Positions 34,445 through 44,078 of a DNA stretch of 64,000 nucleotides are shown piece by piece; the stretch's first letter is position 1, and each line of letters starts with the position of its first letter. This DNA is from a virus. The notes beneath the pieces were generated by a model. It searched no databases. It saw nothing but the letters and a program-made list of their open reading frames with translations, and was not told the DNA's origin. Location of the stretch: positions 2,264-66,263 of IMG/VR virus record IMGVR_UViG_3300007511_001080; one strand, 5' to 3'. Both the position numbers and the translations under genes were made by a program.

Positions 34445-34989
34445 ACGCCCATGAATAGTTCAAGTGAAGTTGATGCCTTTTTAGTCGCCTTCTTTTTCTT
34501 TTTAGTGTCTTCAAAATTAGAAATAAAATCATACATATTTGCTTTCTGGTCTGTATTCATAGTCTCAAAAACATAATTCTGTTCTTGGTCATGTTGTGAA
34601 ACTTCTACATTATCTCCAAGAGATGCATTACTATCCATAGTTTTATATTTAATATAAAGTTGTTTCTTTTCTTTCTGTATTCTTCTAACAAAAGCATAAT
34701 ATATTATTTGTGTAAAATAGGCAAATGGGTTTTTGGATTTTTCAGGATTAAAATTGTTCATATACTGAACACAATTTTCTATACCATCTGAAATCATATC
34801 ATCTCTAAAAGCATAATTGATAAAATTTGGTCTAAATGATAATCTATTTGCAATTTTCATAAAACATTCCCCTATGTACTCTGGACATGGTGGAAGCTCT
34901 TCTCCATTATCTTTAGCTATATTTCTTATATCTTGATATTCTGTAATCTCTTCAAGAAACCTTTGATTATCTACATAATGTTCTGCCAT
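34441..34989 (-). CDS. gp55: Late-transcription sigma factor gp55
   Basis: HYVDN, IGECFMKIA, DDMISDGIENC, NPFAYFTQI. Confidence 0.96.
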   Translation of the reverse strand: MAEHYVDNQRFLEEITEYQDIRNIAKDNGEELPPCPEYIGECFMKIANRLSFRPNFINYAFRDDMISDGIENCVQYMNNFNPEKSKNPFAYFTQIIYYAFVRRIQKEKKQLYIKYKTMDSNASLGDNVEVSQHDQEQNYVFETMNTDQKANMYDFISNFEDTKKKKKATKKASTSLELFMGV

Positions 34990-35020
34990 GAATCTCCTTT
35001 CTACAATAAACAATACTTAT

Positions 35021-35081
35021 ATTATAACATAATCTGATAAAATGTCAATGACTTGACAAAACACTTGACAAATGTTATAAT
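35021..35081. promoter_or_regulatory. Back-to-back sigma70 promoters (minus toward gp55; plus antisense to uvsW)
   Basis: Minus: TTGACA(35048-35043)-16-TATAAT(35026-35021). Plus: TTGACA(35053)-17-TATAAT(35076). Confidence 0.7.
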
Positions 35082-35104
35082 TACTGTGTAGGGTTTAAAT
35101 GAGA

Positions 35105-36544
35105 TTAAGTCTTTAGTTGTATGTGATAAGTAGCCAGAGGAAATTTTTCTTCTTTATATGTTTTTATCCTTTCTTCAAAATGCTCCAGAGTATAATTTTT
35201 TTTATTTTTAAATTTTAAATCGTCCGCAATATCATATAGAGTTGCAATTTCTTTTTTATCTGACAATCTCAATCCTCTACCTATTGATTGTAGATTTCTT
35301 ATACGAGACTTAGAAGGACTAGCGAAAATGATGTTATGGAGATTCCTAATATTGACGCCAACACTAAATACGCCATAACTAGCAACGATGACGGCATTTC
35401 GTTCCGATTCAACGATGGCTCGAATCTGTTCTCTTGTGTCTGTATCAGTTCCCCCATAGACAAAAAATATTTTTCTATCATCGGTATTCTCCTTTAACAT
35501 CCTGTAAAGTAACTTCCCATGTTTTTCTACAAACCGAAAAAGTAGGAGAGTGTTTCTCTCCAATCCTATAGTCAAATTAACTATGTATTTGTTTCTTGCC
35601 TCTGACGAAATCAGATATTCTAGTTCTTCTTGATAGTTAATACCTTTTAAATTGTGACAAATTGAATCTGGATGTTTTAAGACGAGTGCATTGATTGTAA
35701 AGGGGGAGAGGTGCTTTTGGTCTATCAACTTTTTAGTTGTAGTTACCTTATGTACTTTTCCGAATAACCCCTCTAAAACCAATTTATGTGTTTGCGTTCC
35801 GTCCAGAGTTCCAGTTGTACCTATTCGATATTTTGCATTAATACACTTAGTCATTATTGCTGTGAGAGATTTGGATTTGAAACCATGGGCTTCATCCCCA
35901 ATCACCAGTTCATATTGTTCAAAGTACTTTTGTTGCATTTTGTAAATTGACTGCCACGTTGAGATAATGACAGGCAATTCAGAACCTTTGTCTCTTCCAG
36001 CAAAAACAGTATGACAATTATTTGCAACATCCCATCCATATTCCCTGAAATCGTTGTACATCTGTGAAACAAGAGATGTGGTTGGTACAAGGATGAGTGT
36101 TTTCAATTTTAAATATCTTACTAATATATAGATGATTAGAGATTTACCCGATGCAGTGGGTGACAGGAGTAATGACCTATGTTTTGATAGAGCATGATTT
36201 ATAGCATCTAATTGATAATCTCTGATTTCTACTGGTAATTTGGGAAGGTCTTTGTGAGTTAGAATGATTGATTCAGTTTTGAAATCATCTACAAATTTGG
36301 TTTTATAATTCCTATGATAGAGAAACTTACAGAGATGCTCGAGCAGACCATAGTACAAGAGATGGTTCATCACATTGAATAATCTGATTTTTCCATCCCA
36401 TAATTTTTTTCTGTATGCTGGAACAAAGGTATGCCCCGGCACCAAAAATGTAAAGTGGTCTGAAATTTCCTGAGCAATATCTCTTTGACAACTGACTCGT
36501 ATATAAACCTCATTCACCTTAGATATTTCTACATCATGAGCCAC
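35105..36544 (-). CDS. uvsW: SF2 helicase UvsW
   Basis: WDGKIRLF, SPTASGKS, GDEAH, GTTGTL, QSIGRGLR. Confidence 0.96.
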   Translation of the reverse strand: MAHDVEISKVNEVYIRVSCQRDIAQEISDHFTFLVPGHTFVPAYRKKLWDGKIRLFNVMNHLLYYGLLEHLCKFLYHRNYKTKFVDDFKTESIILTHKDLPKLPVEIRDYQLDAINHALSKHRSLLLSPTASGKSLIIYILVRYLKLKTLILVPTTSLVSQMYNDFREYGWDVANNCHTVFAGRDKGSELPVIISTWQSIYKMQQKYFEQYELVIGDEAHGFKSKSLTAIMTKCINAKYRIGTTGTLDGTQTHKLVLEGLFGKVHKVTTTKKLIDQKHLSPFTINALVLKHPDSICHNLKGINYQEELEYLISSEARNKYIVNLTIGLERNTLLLFRFVEKHGKLLYRMLKENTDDRKIFFVYGGTDTDTREQIRAIVESERNAVIVASYGVFSVGVNIRNLHNIIFASPSKSRIRNLQSIGRGLRLSDKKEIATLYDIADDLKFKNKKNYTLEHFEERIKTYKEEKFPLATYHIQLKT

Positions 36545-36968
36545 TTTTAAACTTTATCCAATCTATGGCACTTTTTATTTGAAAGCCCCTGTTATTAATC
36601 ATCCTTACAATGGAGTCAAGATAGTTTATCTTTTCCTCCATTATTACTATCTTACCCTTTATCTTGAAAATGTCTTCATCCGATTCAAGATAAGAATGCA
36701 TTTCACCCTTGAGTATTTTACCAAGAAAAGGTTTCCACCCTAACTTTTCCAAATCCTCTTGAGCCATCCTACCAGAATAATAGTCAGATTTGAGTCTGAC
36801 CATCTTGGAAAGTTCAAACTCTAAACTCTTGAGTTTTATTCTTTCGTCAATGTAAATTTTTAAATATTTGTCATGGAGTTGTGGTATTCTTACAGACTCT
36901 AATGCCAGTTCTGCAATATCAATTTCACGATCTCTATTCCAAAGTTCTTGAATTTCTTCAAGTTTCAT
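36534..36968 (-). CDS. uvsY: Recombination mediator UvsY
   Basis: IPQLHDKYL, YYSG, NRGFQIKSAIDW. Confidence 0.92.
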   Translation of the reverse strand: MKLEEIQELWNRDREIDIAELALESVRIPQLHDKYLKIYIDERIKLKSLEFELSKMVRLKSDYYSGRMAQEDLEKLGWKPFLGKILKGEMHSYLESDEDIFKIKGKIVIMEEKINYLDSIVRMINNRGFQIKSAIDWIKFKSGS

Positions 36969-36975
36969 TCACCTC

Positions 36976-37530
36976 CTAATTTTGTTGGCGAGTCCCTTCA
37001 TAAGACGATTCATTATTAAGTAGGTTTTCTACTCTATATGTGTCATATCGAAATGAAACATTCGCTGTTACATAATCTACATCTGTAGCCGTTGTATTAA
37101 ATTCAATAGAGGAAAGATTCAACGGCCATACCTCATTGAAGTAAAAATTAATTTGAGCATTCATGTTACTAGTCAGTACAGTCAATACAGCACTTGTTCT
37201 TTCTGTGCCTTCATTTTGTCTTTTTATCAACTTTTCTCTATCTTTTATTGTTGGAACACCAAGAGCTATTATCCAATCATAAATTGACAACCAATTTTTC
37301 ATATTTTCATCTACGACAAAACTAATTGTCAATTCTTCAAAAGAGACTTCATCCCCAGACATATAACCAGTTGATGTTGGCGTCGGCAAATCAATTTGAC
37401 CAATACTGACGCCAGGTATATTAGCAGACTGACAAAAGTAATTTACTTCTGGAAAATTAGAAAGTTGAAATCTAAAACCTATCGGAGAAAGATAACTTAT
37501 ATTGGATGGTAGTGCTTGTAAAACTGACAT
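36976..37530 (-). CDS. gp3: Tail completion / sheath stabiliser gp3
   Basis: YLSPIGFRF, YFCQSANIPG, FVVDENMKNW; position between gp23 and uvsY. Confidence 0.85.
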   Translation of the reverse strand: MSVLQALPSNISYLSPIGFRFQLSNFPEVNYFCQSANIPGVSIGQIDLPTPTSTGYMSGDEVSFEELTISFVVDENMKNWLSIYDWIIALGVPTIKDREKLIKRQNEGTERTSAVLTVLTSNMNAQINFYFNEVWPLNLSSIEFNTTATDVDYVTANVSFRYDTYRVENLLNNESSYEGTRQQN

Positions 37531-37536
37531 AGATTA

Positions 37537-38271
37537 TTAACCTACCGCAGTTTCAGTTGTAGCTGCTGAACCAGATGGTTGTAATACCTCAGCAATCCAT
37601 TTTTCTGCACTTCCTCCTTCAATACAAGTTAAACGACAAAGAGTTCCTACAGGAACATCATTAGTGAAAGTAATTACATCTCCACCATCTACATCTACCC
37701 CAGATGTTCCAGCTGTATTCATGTACATATATATTACATCACCAGAAGTACCATTAGTAGAAATTTCAAGATTATTAGTACCTGAAAATGATGTTATAAT
37801 TGCAACATCGACATGAAATCCTTCACAACCGACAGGAACTGCTGGAAGCTTAAGGTCTAAATCAAAAGCTGCACCTGTTACTTTAACAATTGCACCAGAA
37901 TGTTGTAATGTCAATTCTATTGATTCATCATCTACACCTGCCGTTACAGCATAAACTGGTCTACGAAATCCAAATCCACCCTTTCCTGTGCCACCAGATA
38001 AAGTTGATGCACCAGTACCAGAAGATGTAACACTATTCGTATCACCATCATGGATACGAGCAACTTCAATTCCATCGAACTGTTTGATTGCTACATCTTG
38101 CCCATCAGTCACACTTTGTACAGTATTTGAATATAACTTTGAATGTAATGTCTCTAGGGTTATTTTTCTATTTGATGGTGTAGATGTTGATGGATTATCA
38201 ACAATCACCGCAACATCGTCTTTTGTAGGTGATGTTGTTTCTGATAAATTTATAATTGTAGTATCTGCCAT
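37537..38271 (-). CDS. Putative virion structural/decoration protein
   Basis: Thr/Gly/Ser-rich, directly after gp23, late-like CTAAATA upstream. Confidence 0.55.
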   Translation of the reverse strand: MADTTIINLSETTSPTKDDVAVIVDNPSTSTPSNRKITLETLHSKLYSNTVQSVTDGQDVAIKQFDGIEVARIHDGDTNSVTSSGTGASTLSGGTGKGGFGFRRPVYAVTAGVDDESIELTLQHSGAIVKVTGAAFDLDLKLPAVPVGCEGFHVDVAIITSFSGTNNLEISTNGTSGDVIYMYMNTAGTSGVDVDGGDVITFTNDVPVGTLCRLTCIEGGSAEKWIAEVLQPSGSAATTETAVG

Positions 38272-38331
38272 AGTTGCTCCTATTAATCCTTTCTAGTATA
38301 TTTAGTAAGGTTGAAAGCATGTGCAAACAAA

Positions 38332-38370
38332 AAAGGGGAGAACAGGCCTCTTTTACCCAATCTCCCCTTT
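38332..38370 (-). terminator. Terminator after gp23
   Basis: AAAGGGGAGA...TCTCCCCTTT inverted repeat followed by a T run on the minus strand. Confidence 0.65.
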
Positions 38371-38397
38371 GATAAAAAACACAAAAAGTGTTTTCCT

Positions 38398-39720
38398 TTA
38401 CATCAGATTGTCTACTCTGACCATTCTGTAGTAATAGTTACCATTTGCATCAATAACTCCGTCAGCATCGGAATGACCGAATGGATTGGATACCATTCCG
38501 TAACGTGTCTTGAATCCGATTGATGGTTGGAAAGATGTCTCACTGACTGCACGTACCATTTGAATTGGTACATAAGGACAGTAGAAGATACCAGCATCAT
38601 AAGCACTGGAACCTTTATATCCAACAACAAAGAAATTTGTTGCTGATGCACTAAAATATGGGTCAACATAAACTTTGTAACGACCATTCAATGTACCTAC
38701 GAATGTGTTACCAGTGTCATCAATATTTGCCCCATCCATTACACCACTCATTGCAAGAGCAGATGCGACGTCTGAAGATGTGATGATGATGTTACCTTTA
38801 CCCCGGCGTGTTGCTTTAGCAATAGCATTAGCTTCACGTTCAATCTGGAACATCAGACCTTTGAATTTCTCGACTGACCATCTTCCGTTGGAATCTGTGT
38901 CAAGGTCAAAAACACCAGTTGTTGTTGTGTTATGTTGTGCACCATGCTCTGCAGCAAAGTAAATTGTTCTGATAACTTCTCGGTTAATTTCAGCAAGAAT
39001 CTCTTGTGAAATGATATTAGCCAATTCGGTTTCTGCATCAAGACCATGTACCGCTTTGAGGTCTTGAGCGAGTTCCATTGAGTAAGTACCTTTCAAACCT
39101 CTGGTTTTTGCCGTAACAGCAACTCTCTCGATTGAGAAAGCCATTTGTTGAAAGTCAGAACCAGCAGTACCGGCCATTTCAGCTGTACCATAGTCCTCAA
39201 ATGTGGCTGTAGCAACACCGACACCATCCATTGCAAGTGCAGGTGAACCACCTTGAGCACCTGCTGTAGCAGCTGTACCGACAGAACCTTCAGATCCAGC
39301 ATCAGATGAATGACGAGTATCTGCTTCATTGTAGTATGCTTCAGTTCCACTTTGAGTGTCATACTTAGGACGCATTGCAAAAATAAGTCCTGTTGGTCCA
39401 CTCATTGGTTGAACACCGCAGACATCATATGCCATCAAATTAGGCATTGCTCTACGAATCATTGAAATCAAGATTGGGTCTTGATAAGCAATGGAGTTAG
39501 ATGCAGACGAACCAGTTGTGGTTGCGTTTACTGGAGCAGGGGCTTCTTGAAGACTCTGGAATCCGAAATTACCCATTCCGTGCTCTTCAGCCATTGCTTT
39601 TTCTTGGTTTTCCAGAAGAACAGCGGTAACTGCTTTTCTGTAGGAATCCTTAATCTTAGGCATATCTTCATGGTCTAAGACAGGAGCCCACTTTTGTTGT
39701 AGTCCTTCAGCTAGATACAT
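38398..39720 (-). CDS. gp23: Major capsid protein gp23
   Basis: KWAPVLDH, LLENQE, GVQPMSGPTGLIFAMR, ELAQDLKAVHGLDAE, YCPYVP, GFKTRYG. Confidence 0.98.
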   Translation of the reverse strand: MYLAEGLQQKWAPVLDHEDMPKIKDSYRKAVTAVLLENQEKAMAEEHGMGNFGFQSLQEAPAPVNATTTGSSASNSIAYQDPILISMIRRAMPNLMAYDVCGVQPMSGPTGLIFAMRPKYDTQSGTEAYYNEADTRHSSDAGSEGSVGTAATAGAQGGSPALAMDGVGVATATFEDYGTAEMAGTAGSDFQQMAFSIERVAVTAKTRGLKGTYSMELAQDLKAVHGLDAETELANIISQEILAEINREVIRTIYFAAEHGAQHNTTTTGVFDLDTDSNGRWSVEKFKGLMFQIEREANAIAKATRRGKGNIIITSSDVASALAMSGVMDGANIDDTGNTFVGTLNGRYKVYVDPYFSASATNFFVVGYKGSSAYDAGIFYCPYVPIQMVRAVSETSFQPSIGFKTRYGMVSNPFGHSDADGVIDANGNYYYRMVRVDNLM

Positions 39721-39750
39721 TTTTTTTATCTCCTAAAAGGTTGTTAAAAA

Positions 39751-40845
39751 TTAATTATTTTGTCGCTTCATAGCCTTTACATAAAGACTCATTGCGGGGT
39801 CAACTTTTTCTTCCTCTTCATCTGAAAGAGTATTTTCAACTTCTTCAGTGATGGTTTGAGGTTGACTTTCTTGAGCAGTTGGAAAATAGTTCTCTTTAAT
39901 GACTTCAATTTTCTCCTTGTATTGTTCGTCATCTTCAAAATCTACTCCATCGGAAAGAGTCTTTAATTTCTCTTTTTCCGTGTCTGCAAGACCTTCAGAA
40001 ACTTCTCTCAAAGTTTCTTCTTTCTTATATTCTGCAAGTTGTTTTTTGACTTCTACGTTGTCATTGATAGATTCATCAAGTTTCTGTTCAAGCTCTTCGA
40101 CTTTCTCAAAAAGGTCATCTACCAAGTCAACCTTCTCTTCTGGAATGTCAATGTAATGCTCTGTAAAGAGGTTCTTGAGTCCTGTCATGAAATCTTCTAC
40201 CAACTCAGAGCGAATACCCTTTTCGACTGCGAGTTCGTTTTCTTTCATCCACTCTTCAACAACATAGTTGAGGTATCCATCTACCTTTTCACTCATAGAG
40301 TTAAGATGTTCCTCTTTGGCCTCTTTGAGTTCTTTTTTGTAATTTTCCTCAAAGACACCAATTCTGTTATTAACTTCTTCGATAACTTTGGCTGATACTG
40401 CTGCCTCAAAGATAGTTGCTGCTTTAGTCTTGAATTCCTCAGAGAGTTCTTCGTTACCCATCATGGCATCAATGTCTTCTTTGACACTAATTTCCAATTC
40501 CTCTTTACTGAGTTTCTTGACTTCCTTCATTTCTTCTTCGACTTCATCAGCATCCACCTCTTCCTCTTCAGCAAGAGTTGAACCCATGATTTTACCGAAT
40601 GAATCAGAAAGGTCAGCTTTCTTCATGGAATTGATTTGGTCGTAAATGGCCTTTACCATTCCTGCTTTAGTTTTAGGAATGTCAAAGGATTCTTCCACTT
40701 CTTCCTCATCATCTTCTTTTTCGTCTTCCATCTCTTCAGACTTAGCCTTTGTTTCTACTATTTCTTCGTCTGAAGACTCTGCCACAGCTTGTTGCTTTTC
40801 TTCCAGTTCTTCCTCAGACTGTTGTTCCAAAATTTCTTCAGACAT
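39751..40845 (-). CDS. gp22: Prohead core scaffold gp22
   Basis: LSEEFKTKAATIFEAAV, YLNYVVEEW, GLKNLF. Confidence 0.93.
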   Translation of the reverse strand: MSEEILEQQSEEELEEKQQAVAESSDEEIVETKAKSEEMEDEKEDDEEEVEESFDIPKTKAGMVKAIYDQINSMKKADLSDSFGKIMGSTLAEEEEVDADEVEEEMKEVKKLSKEELEISVKEDIDAMMGNEELSEEFKTKAATIFEAAVSAKVIEEVNNRIGVFEENYKKELKEAKEEHLNSMSEKVDGYLNYVVEEWMKENELAVEKGIRSELVEDFMTGLKNLFTEHYIDIPEEKVDLVDDLFEKVEELEQKLDESINDNVEVKKQLAEYKKEETLREVSEGLADTEKEKLKTLSDGVDFEDDEQYKEKIEVIKENYFPTAQESQPQTITEEVENTLSDEEEEKVDPAMSLYVKAMKRQNN

Positions 40846-40884
40846 TGAAAATCTCCTATTTGGTTTAGTAAATTATACTATTAT

Positions 40885-40892
40885 TATTTATA
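40885..40892 (-). promoter_or_regulatory. T4 late promoter TATAAATA
   Basis: Exact motif upstream of gp22. Confidence 0.75.
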
Positions 40893-40904
40893 AAAATATA
40901 AACT

Positions 40905-41555
40905 TTACAGTTTAGTTATAAAATCCTCAAAAGCACTAACGAGTGTCTGCTCTCTGTCTTTTCTTGATGATTTCTCTACCTTTTCCTTAATTTGTTGGAC
41001 TTCTGCTTCTCTCAGAATCCCATTATCCCAAATCCATTCCTTACCTTCCATAATTCCGGCAACAAATGCGTCTGGTGCAGAAGGGTCAGCAACGATGTCG
41101 GCAGCAGTGGCTAAATAGAAGTCACCCTGCACCTCTTGAATGCCACCCTTACCTGGCTTTAATGAACCCATACCTCTTGATGAGACACCCAATCGAGCAC
41201 CTTCGTCAATGAGATTCTTTACAATCTTTCCGTATGGCGTGTCCAAAATCTTTGCTCTTCCCATAAAATTATTATCAACCTCTTCAAGTTCCTCAATCAT
41301 GTGTGAAACTCTTTCAAGATTAACAGTTGGACCATCTGGATGCCCCAACTCACCGAAAGCTCTCTTAGTCTTGATAAAACTTTCAGAGTATCTTTTGGCT
41401 TCTTTTTGCAGAACATCTTTAGGATATATTCTTCCATTTCTGTTCTTTGTTTCAGCTTGCATAAAGACACCTTCGATAAAATAATTCTTATTTCCGTCCT
41501 TAGTGGCTTCGGTAAGAAATTCTATATCGTGAGCTTCTTCGCTTATAAGTTTCAT
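40905..41555 (-). CDS. gp21: Prohead protease gp21
   Basis: NRNGRIY, GELGHP, GVSSRGMGS, DIVADPSAPDA. Confidence 0.96.
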   Translation of the reverse strand: MKLISEEAHDIEFLTEATKDGNKNYFIEGVFMQAETKNRNGRIYPKDVLQKEAKRYSESFIKTKRAFGELGHPDGPTVNLERVSHMIEELEEVDNNFMGRAKILDTPYGKIVKNLIDEGARLGVSSRGMGSLKPGKGGIQEVQGDFYLATAADIVADPSAPDAFVAGIMEGKEWIWDNGILREAEVQQIKEKVEKSSRKDREQTLVSAFEDFITKL

Positions 41556-41566
41556 AGTTCTCTCCG

Positions 41567-41935
41567 TTATGACTCTGGATTTTGGGAACTAACCCTCTGT
41601 TTAAAGGTGTCCTTCATTCTTTTTCTAACTTCTGGTTTTAACTTTTTAGTCCATACAGACTTCTTTTTTGTGAGTAATTTCGATGCCTTCTTTTCCAAAT
41701 TAGCTTTGGTTCCAGCAGCTGCACCTTGATACACACCCTGTTTATCTACTATCGACAGAGCTTTTTGTCTCAATTCTCTGTTTAATGCTTTCTGTACCTT
41801 TTCAGGAGTTGGTGGTTTTCGCATTGCCAGTTTTCGTTTTATGGCAGCTTTCTTTGAAAACCTTCTAGCAGTAATTGACTTCTTCATTCTCTGCATGACA
41901 GTCAATTCTGAAATCATCTCCTTGTACTTTTTCAT
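41567..41935 (-). CDS. Basic prohead core/internal protein
   Basis: Lys/Arg-rich; N-terminus MKKYKEMISE resembles the T4 capsid-targeting sequence. Confidence 0.6.
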   Translation of the reverse strand: MKKYKEMISELTVMQRMKKSITARRFSKKAAIKRKLAMRKPPTPEKVQKALNRELRQKALSIVDKQGVYQGAAAGTKANLEKKASKLLTKKKSVWTKKLKPEVRKRMKDTFKQRVSSQNPES

Positions 41936-42225
41936 TTTTGTAAATTTTTCTTTTTATCTCTCATTCTTTGTGCTGCACCAGTACCACCTCTGACAGATAT
42001 GTTTCTTCCTGTTGCTGTTTTACCTCTTTTTGCCATCATTTTTGATTTTCTTTGATTCACTTTGTATGCAGCAGATTTTCTATATTTTCTCATTTGTTGA
42101 ATCTTTTTTGCCCGGTCTTTTCTATAGTCTCGTTTTTGTGCCATTCTGTCAGAGGCAGTTTTCCTATCTCTTACATTAACTGTAAGTTCTTGTAACTCAT
42201 CTTGGAATTCTTTAAACTTTTTCAT
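41932..42225 (-). CDS. Basic prohead core/internal protein
   Basis: Lys/Arg-rich; N-terminus MKKFKEFQDELQE. Confidence 0.6.
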   Translation of the reverse strand: MKKFKEFQDELQELTVNVRDRKTASDRMAQKRDYRKDRAKKIQQMRKYRKSAAYKVNQRKSKMMAKRGKTATGRNISVRGGTGAAQRMRDKKKNLQK

Positions 42226-42956
42226 TAATACCTACCTGGCAATGCATATTGATTACCTAGATTGCCTTCGTAATTTGGTGTATTAAAGCCTCCAGTTTTC
42301 TTTACTTCTAACATCATAGTTATAGTATCATACTGTGCACCTGCAGCTGCCGTTGTGAGTAAAATATCTCCTGCAGCAGCACCTCCTGTTGCACTTCCCA
42401 TCGTAATAGGAATTAAATGATTTGCTGAATCCCAAACTCCACTACCTGTGAAATAACCAATATCTTGTGTAGAGGTTCCACCATATTGAAGTTTTATTGA
42501 TTCAGCTCCATTGACTGACCATCTTACACCATTTATTTGAACTGTTCTTGCATTAAATGTACCAGTAGTACTGCTGTGTGTGGTTACAGTATGTGTTCCT
42601 GAAATTGAACCAACTATTGCTTCACTTGTTCCGGGCAAAGTAGTTCCAGACCAACCCAAAGGAGTTTCATCTGTACCACTTGTACAACGATAAACTGTCA
42701 TTGTAGTACCACCAGTAATATGATTTTGAACTACCATATTGATAGAGTCTGCTGTTACAATCTCTCCGATAACGAAGGTATCTGATGCTGATGTTGCTGC
42801 TGACAGAGTTAATGTTGCCAATGCATATGTTGCAGCACTAGAATCGTAAATTGTGGCCGATGCGGCTGCAGCAGGACTGGCATCAATTCCGTAAGCCATA
42901 AATACTGATGTTGTAGCAGTATCTGAAAGTGTTCTAGTATTAATAGTAAAAGCCAT
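42225..42956 (-). CDS. Putative virion structural protein
   Basis: Thr/Ala/Gly-rich beta-type sequence in the head module. Confidence 0.55.
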   Translation of the reverse strand: MAFTINTRTLSDTATTSVFMAYGIDASPAAAASATIYDSSAATYALATLTLSAATSASDTFVIGEIVTADSINMVVQNHITGGTTMTVYRCTSGTDETPLGWSGTTLPGTSEAIVGSISGTHTVTTHSSTTGTFNARTVQINGVRWSVNGAESIKLQYGGTSTQDIGYFTGSGVWDSANHLIPITMGSATGGAAAGDILLTTAAAGAQYDTITMMLEVKKTGGFNTPNYEGNLGNQYALPGRY

Positions 42957-42959
42957 TCT

Positions 42960-43769
42960 TTACTCTCCGTGTGCTTTCCCAAGGACTTTCATGAAACCTC
43001 TCTCAGTCCGTTGGATTTGATTAATAACCTTTTTCTGTTCTGAGGATTTTAAACCCTCTATATATTTAACAAAAATCTCTGCCGTCATTGGGTCGATAGG
43101 AATTTCTGCCCCATCACTCAATTTAATTTCCATATCTTTCTTGGACTTGGATATTTTCTTCAAGTCCTTCATAACATCTTCTGTGATGAACTCACCAAAT
43201 TTTAAAACTTTACTTTCTTGTTTTCCAACTCTTTTTCTACGTGCCATTTCTTTTTTATAATCAGTAGTTGTCATCAATTCTGGTTTTTCTTTAGTACCAG
43301 CATTTCTCCACCCTTTTGGAGCTTCACCATTATTTTTGAAATACATTTCTGCATCTTTTACATCTTCAATACCACCTCGTTCTTGTTTAGCAGTATCATC
43401 TGCAGCATCTTTTTCACCTTCTTTTGAAGCATTTTTAGGGTCTTCTTTCTTTTGTAACTCTTTTCTTTTTTTCTCTAAATCATCATTTGAAATTCTGGCT
43501 TCTTTAGAACCTGCTTTTGCATACAATACTGATTTAGTTACAACTTTACCTTCAGTATCATCCCATTTTTTTATATTAACGTAAACATCTCTTTTTGAAT
43601 TTTCTTCTTTCTCTTTTTTGGCTTCCTTATAACTCTTAAATTTACCAACAAGTTTCTTCGCAGCCATAGCACCACCAACCAAACCAGCAACTCCTGCTAG
43701 TGTGGCAGCTATAGGACCGATTTCTGTAACATATTGTTGTTCAGATTTAAACTCTCTAAATTGTCTCAT
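42960..43769 (-). CDS. Putative internal head protein
   Basis: MRQFREFKSE N-terminus, hydrophobic helix, Lys-rich body, internal LKFGEFITE. Confidence 0.55.
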   Translation of the reverse strand: MRQFREFKSEQQYVTEIGPIAATLAGVAGLVGGAMAAKKLVGKFKSYKEAKKEKEENSKRDVYVNIKKWDDTEGKVVTKSVLYAKAGSKEARISNDDLEKKRKELQKKEDPKNASKEGEKDAADDTAKQERGGIEDVKDAEMYFKNNGEAPKGWRNAGTKEKPELMTTTDYKKEMARRKRVGKQESKVLKFGEFITEDVMKDLKKISKSKKDMEIKLSDGAEIPIDPMTAEIFVKYIEGLKSSEQKKVINQIQRTERGFMKVLGKAHGE

Positions 43770-44035
43770 TCTGCCGGCACGTCTGTCTCTGGAACTGTAG
43801 TCATACCATTATCTGGTTTAATTAGAGGTTGTGGAGTTTGTACATCTGGTACATTAACTTCTGGTTTTTCTCCAACAACCGCATTATTAAACATGGCTTG
43901 AGCGACTTCTGCTTTCTTCGCTTCCAGCGCTTTCATAACTTTATTTGCCAAGACACCTTTGATAGTATCTTGGGCTTGAGTGGCGTCTCCACTCATTGAA
44001 TATTTCACTATGTCTTCTGGTGTATAGTCACTCAT
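43766..44035 (-). CDS. gp67-like prohead core protein
   Basis: Small; KVMKALEAKKAEVAQAMF; first gene after late promoter 44071-44078. Confidence 0.6.
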   Translation of the reverse strand: MSDYTPEDIVKYSMSGDATQAQDTIKGVLANKVMKALEAKKAEVAQAMFNNAVVGEKPEVNVPDVQTPQPLIKPDNGMTTVPETDVPAE

Positions 44036-44070
44036 GACTGTTTTCCTTTAGTTAGGGTTTTACATTAGTA

Positions 44071-44078
44071 TTTATATT
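44071..44078 (-). promoter_or_regulatory. T4 late promoter TATAAATA
   Basis: Exact motif. Confidence 0.7.
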
